Shown here: positions 39,222-44,914 of the stretch, in pieces | Layout: every line of letters starts with the position of its first letter | How positions within the stretch are numbered: position 1 is the first letter of the stretch | Assembly (NCBI GenBank): GCA_041498535.1 | Contig: JBGQIR010000001.1 | Location: 1 to 44,914, forward strand | Direction: 5' to 3' | Length of the DNA stretch: 44,914 bases | Origin: Candidatus Methylomirabilis sp. | Lineage (GTDB): Bacteria; Methylomirabilota; Methylomirabilia; Methylomirabilales; Methylomirabilaceae | The notes under the pieces: generated by a model | What the model was told of the DNA's origin: nothing | Databases searched by the model: none | The model's input: only the letters and a program-made list of their open reading frames with translations | Position numbers and translations under genes: made by a program

Positions 39222-39605
39222 ATGACCCGAGTAGCCGGCGTGTTGTTGCTGGCAGTGACGTTGTGGATGGCGGCGCCGGCATTCGCGCAGCAACCGCCGT
39301 CCGCCGTCACCCCGACGCGCAAGGCGTTCCAATCCCTCGAGCTGGGCATGACCCGAGAGCAGGTCTCGAAGCTCGCCGCATCGCCTGGCCCTATGGACTT
39401 GAAGCAAGAGATCTGGGGACGATGGGTGCCAGGGGCAAAGGCCGGAGAAATGGAGGTGCTGCGGGTCCATTTCTTCGACAACCGCGTCTACTGGATCGAG
39501 TATGATGCCTTCGGCGAGTCCTGGTCGCGAGAGGAGAAAGGCGGTTGTAGCGACTGGGTCAAGGTGCCGCTCAGGCGATTGAAGGACAGCTTCCAGGTCA
39601 AGTGA
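39222..39605 (+). CDS. Small exported protein with a GMTxEQV (BamE/BLIP-like) motif
   Basis: AAGGAGG RBS, signal peptide AFA-QQ, FQSLELGMTREQV. Confidence 0.65.
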   Translation: MTRVAGVLLLAVTLWMAAPAFAQQPPSAVTPTRKAFQSLELGMTREQVSKLAASPGPMDLKQEIWGRWVPGAKAGEMEVLRVHFFDNRVYWIEYDAFGESWSREEKGGCSDWVKVPLRRLKDSFQVK

Positions 39606-39631
39606 ACCGCAGCCATTGTTAGACCGAAACG

Positions 39632-40759
39632 TTAGCCTGTCATGCGGCTTTCCGCCACGCTCTCGAGCGTGCGTGCTAGCTCCGCCCACGAGAACCGCTT
39701 CTGCTGCACGATGTTGCCGCGAAGTGTCGGCTCCATCTTTTCTTCGTAGAAGCGGATGATCGCTTCTGCCAGAGCGGCCGGGTTGTGCGGTTCGACGAGA
39801 AGGCCGGTTTCGCCATCACGGACGGCCTCCGGGAGCCCCCCCACGCGGGTTGTCAATACCGGCCGCTCGAAGGAGTGGGCGATCGCGACAATGCCGCTCT
39901 GGGTTGCTGATTCGTAGGGCAGCACCACGAGATCGGCGGCCGAGAAGTACAGGCTCACTTCATCGTCCGGAACGAACCGATCGATGACCCGCACGTTCGA
40001 CCCGAGGCCGAGCGCGTTGATCAGCTTGAGGGACTGGTCTTTTCCATCATAGAATTCTCCGACGGCGAGGAGCGTGCACTCCACCCTTCGCAAGACGAGC
40101 GGCATGGCCTCGAGCAGATGTGAAAGCCCCTTGTAGCGACGGACCAGCCCGAAGAAGAGCAGGATATTTCCGGTCAGCCCCAGGCGGCGCTTTGCGATAT
40201 CTTTGCTCATGGGTTCTCCGAAGCCTCTCCCCGGGGGATGAGGGATCGTGAGGATCGGGCCTTCCAGCCGCAGTGATTCCAAGCATCGGTGGTCAGCCTC
40301 TGAGTGGACGAGCCATGTATCGGCGGGGGTCAGCGCGAACTTTGTGAGCCCCCGCGTTCCGGGAAACGGTTCGTGGGGAATGATATTGTGGCAGATGAGG
40401 GCGACCCTGGCGCGGGATCGCCTCTTGAGAAGGCGCAGGGTCGTTCCGATGCACGGGCCAAAAAATGGATGCCACCAGTGGCCTATCGTCAAGTCAGGCG
40501 ATAGTTCGATGATCCGGCGGTCGGCCCGGAGCTAGCTCACGGGGTTGATCGAATCAAGGAGTGGCTCGGCAGTCAGCCTTGGTGGATCTGCGTCCGGATC
40601 GAGCTGAGTCCGCCCGGGGAAGAGCAGCGCAGGGTACTGGCGCGAATAGGAGATCACGACGACCTGATGATGGTTCGCCAGCTCGACGCCGAGTTGCGCG
40701 TTGTAGTGGGCGATCCCCCCCCTCAAGGGGTGTATGGGGCCAATCAGACAGATCTTCAT
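39632..40759 (-). pseudogene. GT4 glycosyltransferase interrupted by an in-frame TAG (40532-40534)
   Basis: MKICLIGPIHPLRGGIAHY..SINPVS*LRADRRII..WWHPFF..LFFGLVRRYKG..LPYESATQSG; both track ORFs are in the same frame. Confidence 0.85.
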
Positions 40760-41118
40760 TGGGGGCTGCTAGACCCACAATCCACGCTCAGGACTGCGCT
40801 GCACATGTTGACCTGAAAGAGAAAGGCTTGGTGCTATAGTGAGGTTTTCTAGCCGCTGACATGTTAAAAAATCAACTCTCTTTCTGGGAGCGGCTTGAAT
40901 GTTAGCACGACTGCCCCACAATAGTCATTACCTACTAAGGATTCCTCGGGGGCGAGTGCTCCTCTCACCTATGCCGGGCGCGTACTGGGCGTACAAAAAT
41001 GTGATCCCATCTGACAGCTCGGTTCCTATGCTACCCACACTCAGGGTACGTGTGTAGCTTCAAGGGTCGACTTTTCTACGAAATCATGTGTCTGGAATGA
41101 GCCTCTCCCCTTCGGTCA

Positions 41119-42762
41119 ATGACCCGAATCTTGATCTATGAATCTGCGGCGACCCTTCTCGCCCTTGCAATTGCCCTGCTCAGGCCGCGCCTGGGTGAGA
41201 GGTGGGTCGGCCGGGCGGAGGGCGAAATCCGGGGCATCGCCCGGCGCAGGGGCCGGGCGGTCGCTCTGGTCGGGCTCCTGAGCTTCGGGGGGAGCGCGGC
41301 GATAGCGCTTCTCTGGGGCCTGCCTGTGCCGGCGATCCACGACGAGTTCAGTTACCTCCTCGCCGCCGACACCTTCGCCTCGGGGCGCCTGACCAACCCG
41401 CCCCATCCCCTGTGGGTCCACTTCGAGAGCATCCACATCCTCCAGCAGCCAACCTACGCCTCCAAGTACCCCCCGGGGCAGGGGCTCTTCCTCGCGGTGG
41501 GGCAGGTCCTGGCCGGGTACCCGGCCGTGGGGGTCTGGCTGAGCGTGGCCCTCGCCTGCGCCGGGATCACCTGGATGCTCCAGGCCTGGCTCCCTCCCAC
41601 CTGGGCGCTGCTCGGGGGGCTCCTCGCGGTCGTGCGCCTCGGCCTCTTCAGCTACTGGGCCCAGAGCTACTGGGGCGGGGCGGTCGCGGCCCTCGGCGGG
41701 GCGCTCCTCTTCGGGGCGCTCCCCCGGCTCGTGCGCCGCCCCCGGATCTGGGAGGCCTTCCTGCTCGGCCTCGGCCTCGCCCTCATCGCGAACAGCCGGC
41801 CCTACGAAGGCCTCCTCGTCAGCCTCCCTGCCGGCGCCGTGCTCCTGCATGGGCTGTGGGGCGCCCCCGCCCGGGTGGCGCTCAGGCGGGTCGTCCTCCC
41901 GCTCGGCCTCGTCCTCGCGCTCACCGCCGGGGCGATGGCCTACTACGACTACCGCGTGACTGGCGACCCGCTCCGGCTGCCGTACCAGGTGCATGAGGCG
42001 ACGTACGCGATCGCGCCGGCCTTCCTTTGGCAACGCCCGCGACCTGAGCCGGCCTATCGCCACCAGGTGCTGCGCGAGTATTACAGAAGCAAGGCCTTCA
42101 AGTATATGAGGCAGCACTCGTTCACCGGGCTGGTCGCGGTGAAGGCGAAGCAGCTTGGAGTTGCGTGGGGCTTCTACCTTGGCCCCTTGCTCACGGTCCC
42201 GCTGCTCATGCTACCCTGGACGCTGAAGAACCGATGGATGCGCGTGGCGCTGCTGACCTGCGGCGTGCTGGCGGTGGGCCTGCTCGCGGAGACCTGGATG
42301 AACCCGCACTACGCGGCCCCGATCACCGCCGTGCTCTACGTGCTCGTGCTCCAGTCGATGCGGCACCTGCGGGTGTGGCGGTCGCGAGGGAGACCGACCG
42401 GGCGGGTCCTTGTGTGGGCCATCCTGGGCCTCTGCGTCGTGCTGGCGCCGCAAATGCGGATTAAGCCGCGGGCTGAGTCGCGCGCCGCGGGCCTGCAGCG
42501 GGAGAGGATTGTTGAGCAGCTCGAAGAGGCGGGGAAACGCCATCTGGTCATCGTGCGCTACTGGCCCTGGCGCTCACCACATTGGCAGTGGGTCTACAAC
42601 GCGGCCGACATCGACGGCGCCAAGGTCGTCTGGGCACGGGAGATGGACGCGGCCCGCAACCGCGAGCTGCTCGCCTATTTCAAAGACCGGCGCGCCTGGC
42701 TGCTGGAGGCGGACGCGGACCCGCCGAGGCTGACACCGTATCGCATCGAGTCGGACCTATGA
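41119..42762 (+). CDS. Polytopic membrane protein, probable GT-C-fold glycosyltransferase
   Basis: First loop HDEFSY acidic motif, SKYPPG, NSRPYEG, more than 10 TM segments. Confidence 0.65.
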   Translation: MTRILIYESAATLLALAIALLRPRLGERWVGRAEGEIRGIARRRGRAVALVGLLSFGGSAAIALLWGLPVPAIHDEFSYLLAADTFASGRLTNPPHPLWVHFESIHILQQPTYASKYPPGQGLFLAVGQVLAGYPAVGVWLSVALACAGITWMLQAWLPPTWALLGGLLAVVRLGLFSYWAQSYWGGAVAALGGALLFGALPRLVRRPRIWEAFLLGLGLALIANSRPYEGLLVSLPAGAVLLHGLWGAPARVALRRVVLPLGLVLALTAGAMAYYDYRVTGDPLRLPYQVHEATYAIAPAFLWQRPRPEPAYRHQVLREYYRSKAFKYMRQHSFTGLVAVKAKQLGVAWGFYLGPLLTVPLLMLPWTLKNRWMRVALLTCGVLAVGLLAETWMNPHYAAPITAVLYVLVLQSMRHLRVWRSRGRPTGRVLVWAILGLCVVLAPQMRIKPRAESRAAGLQRERIVEQLEEAGKRHLVIVRYWPWRSPHWQWVYNAADIDGAKVVWAREMDAARNRELLAYFKDRRAWLLEADADPPRLTPYRIESDL

Positions 42763-43007
42763 TGCAGCAACGGGCCTCGCGAAAGGGGCCGATAACTCTG
42801 TTCTATTACAGGCCGCATTGTCCGCTCAACACGGGACTGGATTTTTGTTTACCGCACGGGGCTGGTGATGTATATTGGCACCTTGCGCCGAGCGTTGTAT
42901 TGCGCACGTCGGATTCCCCGGGGCCACCCTGTTGACTAACCCAGGATGTGCTGCGAAGACGGGATTACAATTCGCGATTCAGGCCTGCTTTAATTGAAGG
43001 AGCGCTC

Positions 43008-43307
43008 ATGCTGATCGGAATGCGCCACTTATTGCTCTTCACCCGTGTTGTTGGTGTGAACCAACTCCCGGGACCGCTTTCAGCTCTGAACGGCATTCTC
43101 GTTCTCTACATGGGTCCGGAAACAACCCTGCCACTGGCTTCAGCCTTGGCAGCGATCGTCGGGGTCCTGTTGATGGTCTGGCATCGCGCGGTCGTGCTGG
43201 CCCGACGGGCTTGGCGGTTCTTCGCGGAACGGTTCACGCAAGTGCGGAACATGCGGCGCGGGCAGCGACCGCGAAATGGGACCGAGGCCTCACCAGGGGA
43301 ACATTGA
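43008..43307 (+). CDS. Small membrane protein
   Basis: AAGGAG RBS; YMGPETTLPLASALAAIVGVLLMVW followed by a basic tail; stop overlaps the next start. Confidence 0.6.
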   Translation: MLIGMRHLLLFTRVVGVNQLPGPLSALNGILVLYMGPETTLPLASALAAIVGVLLMVWHRAVVLARRAWRFFAERFTQVRNMRRGQRPRNGTEASPGEH

Positions 43308-44914
43308 ACCTGGCCGGCGTGAAGAAGGTTATCGTCATCGGACTCGATGGGCTCGATCCCAAGATCGTCGAGCCGATGCTCGACGAGGGCGAGCTGCCGA
43401 ACCTGGCAAAGCTCAGGAGCGAGGGTGGCTACTCACGCCTCCGGACAACCTATCCGGCGCTCACGCCCGTGGCGTGGTCAACCTTTGTCACTGGCACGAA
43501 CCCGGGTGGCCACGGGATCTTCGACTTTATCCGCCGCGACCCCAAGACGTATCTCCCCGACTTTTCCCTGAACCGCCACGAACAGAAAAAGGCGTACCTG
43601 CCGCCAAAGGCGGTCAGCCTGCGGCGGGGCGTCGCGCTGTGGGAATTGCTGTCGGCGGCGGGGATCTCATCAACCATCATTCGGTGTCCCTGCACCTATC
43701 CCCCGGACAACATCCGAGGACGAATGTTGGCCGGGGTGGGGGTGCCCGACCTCCGCGGCGGGCTGGGGACTTCAACATTCTACAGCTCCGGCCAAAACGT
43801 GAAGGCGGAAGAGAGCGAGCACGTGGTGAGCCTGCCGAGCGACGGTCGCGGCACGATCACGACGTACCTGATCGGTCCGCGCGATCCCAAGACGGGGTCG
43901 GACATCACGCGTGAAATCAGGATCCAGCTCGAGCCGTCCGCGAGGAAGGTCATTCTGGTGTCGGGGGGTCGGCCGAATGCCCTGGAAATCCGAGAAGGCG
44001 AGTGGAGTGAGTGGCTCAAGGTAAAGTTCAAGACGGGGCTGTTGCAATCGGTCCGTGGGATGCTGCGCTTTTACCTGGTGCGGCTGGAACCGGTGTTCGA
44101 GCTCTACGCCTCCCCCATCAACTTCGACCCGGACGCGCCGATCTTCCCGATCACCTCGCCCCCCGACTATGCCAGGGAGCTGGCGGGGAAGGTGGGGACG
44201 TTCTATACGACCGGCATGGTCGAGGATCACGGGGGATTGAATAACCAGCGTTTCGGCGAAGCCGCCTATCTGGAACAGTGCGAGGGCGTGCTGCGCGAAC
44301 GTGAGAGGATGATGCTCTATGAACTGGAGCGTCGGGAGGACGGATGGTTCTTCTGCCTGTTCGATACCCCAGACCGCGTGCAGCACATGTTCTGGCGGTT
44401 CCGCGAGACCGGGCATCCGGCCCTCCGGAGAGAGGCGACGCCGGAGATGGCACGCGTCATCGAGGAGCACTACCGCTCCTGCGACGCGATTGTCGGAAAG
44501 GCACTGCAGTGCGCCGACGACCGGACGCTGTTCATCGTCCTCAGCGACCATGGCATGGGCAGCTTCCAGCGTGGCATCCACCTGAATACCTGGCTGCATG
44601 ACAATGGCCTGCTGGCTTTGCGGAATGCGGTTGAACCAGGGGAACAGGCCGGGGGTTTCTTCCGCAGCGTGGATTGGAGCCGAACCAAAGCCTACGCCGT
44701 TGGGCTAGGGGGCATTTACCTGAACATGAAGGGGCGGGAGGAAAGGGGCATTGTGGAGGCGGTGGAGGCCGCGAGAGTGAAGGCCAGCATCGTCAAGGGG
44801 CTCACCGGCCTCGGTGATCCGGCCCGGGGAAAGGTCGCCATCCGCAGTGTGCTGACGCGAGAGCAGATGTATGCAGGCCCATATGCTCATGAGTCTCCCG
44901 ACCTGTTGGTCAAC
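43304..44914 (+). CDS. Type I phosphodiesterase/nucleotide pyrophosphatase (alkaline phosphatase superfamily), 3'-partial, not in ORF track
   Basis: KKVIVIGLDGLDP, GELPNL, PALTPVAWSTFVTGTNPGGHGIFDF, DRVQHMFW, LSDHG; open to the window edge. Start TTG43304 or GTG43319. Confidence 0.9.
   Translation, partial: MNLAGVKKVIVIGLDGLDPKIVEPMLDEGELPNLAKLRSEGGYSRLRTTYPALTPVAWSTFVTGTNPGGHGIFDFIRRDPKTYLPDFSLNRHEQKKAYLPPKAVSLRRGVALWELLSAAGISSTIIRCPCTYPPDNIRGRMLAGVGVPDLRGGLGTSTFYSSGQNVKAEESEHVVSLPSDGRGTITTYLIGPRDPKTGSDITREIRIQLEPSARKVILVSGGRPNALEIREGEWSEWLKVKFKTGLLQSVRGMLRFYLVRLEPVFELYASPINFDPDAPIFPITSPPDYARELAGKVGTFYTTGMVEDHGGLNNQRFGEAAYLEQCEGVLRERERMMLYELERREDGWFFCLFDTPDRVQHMFWRFRETGHPALRREATPEMARVIEEHYRSCDAIVGKALQCADDRTLFIVLSDHGMGSFQRGIHLNTWLHDNGLLALRNAVEPGEQAGGFFRSVDWSRTKAYAVGLGGIYLNMKGREERGIVEAVEAARVKASIVKGLTGLGDPARGKVAIRSVLTREQMYAGPYAHESPDLLVN

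Noticed and set aside
26706-40534. Genome-wide TAG recoding or pyrrolysine, suggested by two in-frame TAG codons
   Set aside because: TAG is an ordinary stop for cofE, gspH and gspC here; one TAG replaces a probable Trp; no pyl genes are present in the window.
43276-44599. Track ORFs 43276..43914 (+) and 43772..44599 (-)
   Set aside because: They are alternative frames of the open-ended phosphodiesterase gene starting at 43304.

Overview
GC-rich bacterial window. The combination of F420 genes, Pup and a type II secretion system (T2SS) is suggestive of NC10/Methylomirabilota or a related lineage, but this is inference only. Four blocks: (1) 1.4-7.6 kb, a minus-strand F420 biosynthesis operon (PPOX-type F420 enzyme, cofG, cofH, npdG, cofD, cofC, cofE); (2) 7.8-12.6 kb, a plus-strand redox/cofactor run (peroxiredoxin, Zn-ribbon, Nudix, folE, MerR, mrp, small HTH, moaB, pup, FmdB-like) that hides two probable selenoproteins missed or truncated by the ORF track, one of them with two in-frame UGA codons; (3) 12.8-27 kb and 39.6-44.9 kb, a partly decayed surface-glycan/sulfation locus (gmd, glycosyltransferases, flippase, cysC, several sulfatase and alkaline-phosphatase-superfamily genes, an IS1595 remnant, pseudogenes); (4) 27.4-39.6 kb, a T2SS cluster (gspE F G H I J K L M C D). 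Heptamer-built hairpin elements recur between the F420-region genes and are translated inside the pseudopilin leader peptides. All calls come from reading the sequence; no database searches or folding programs were run.
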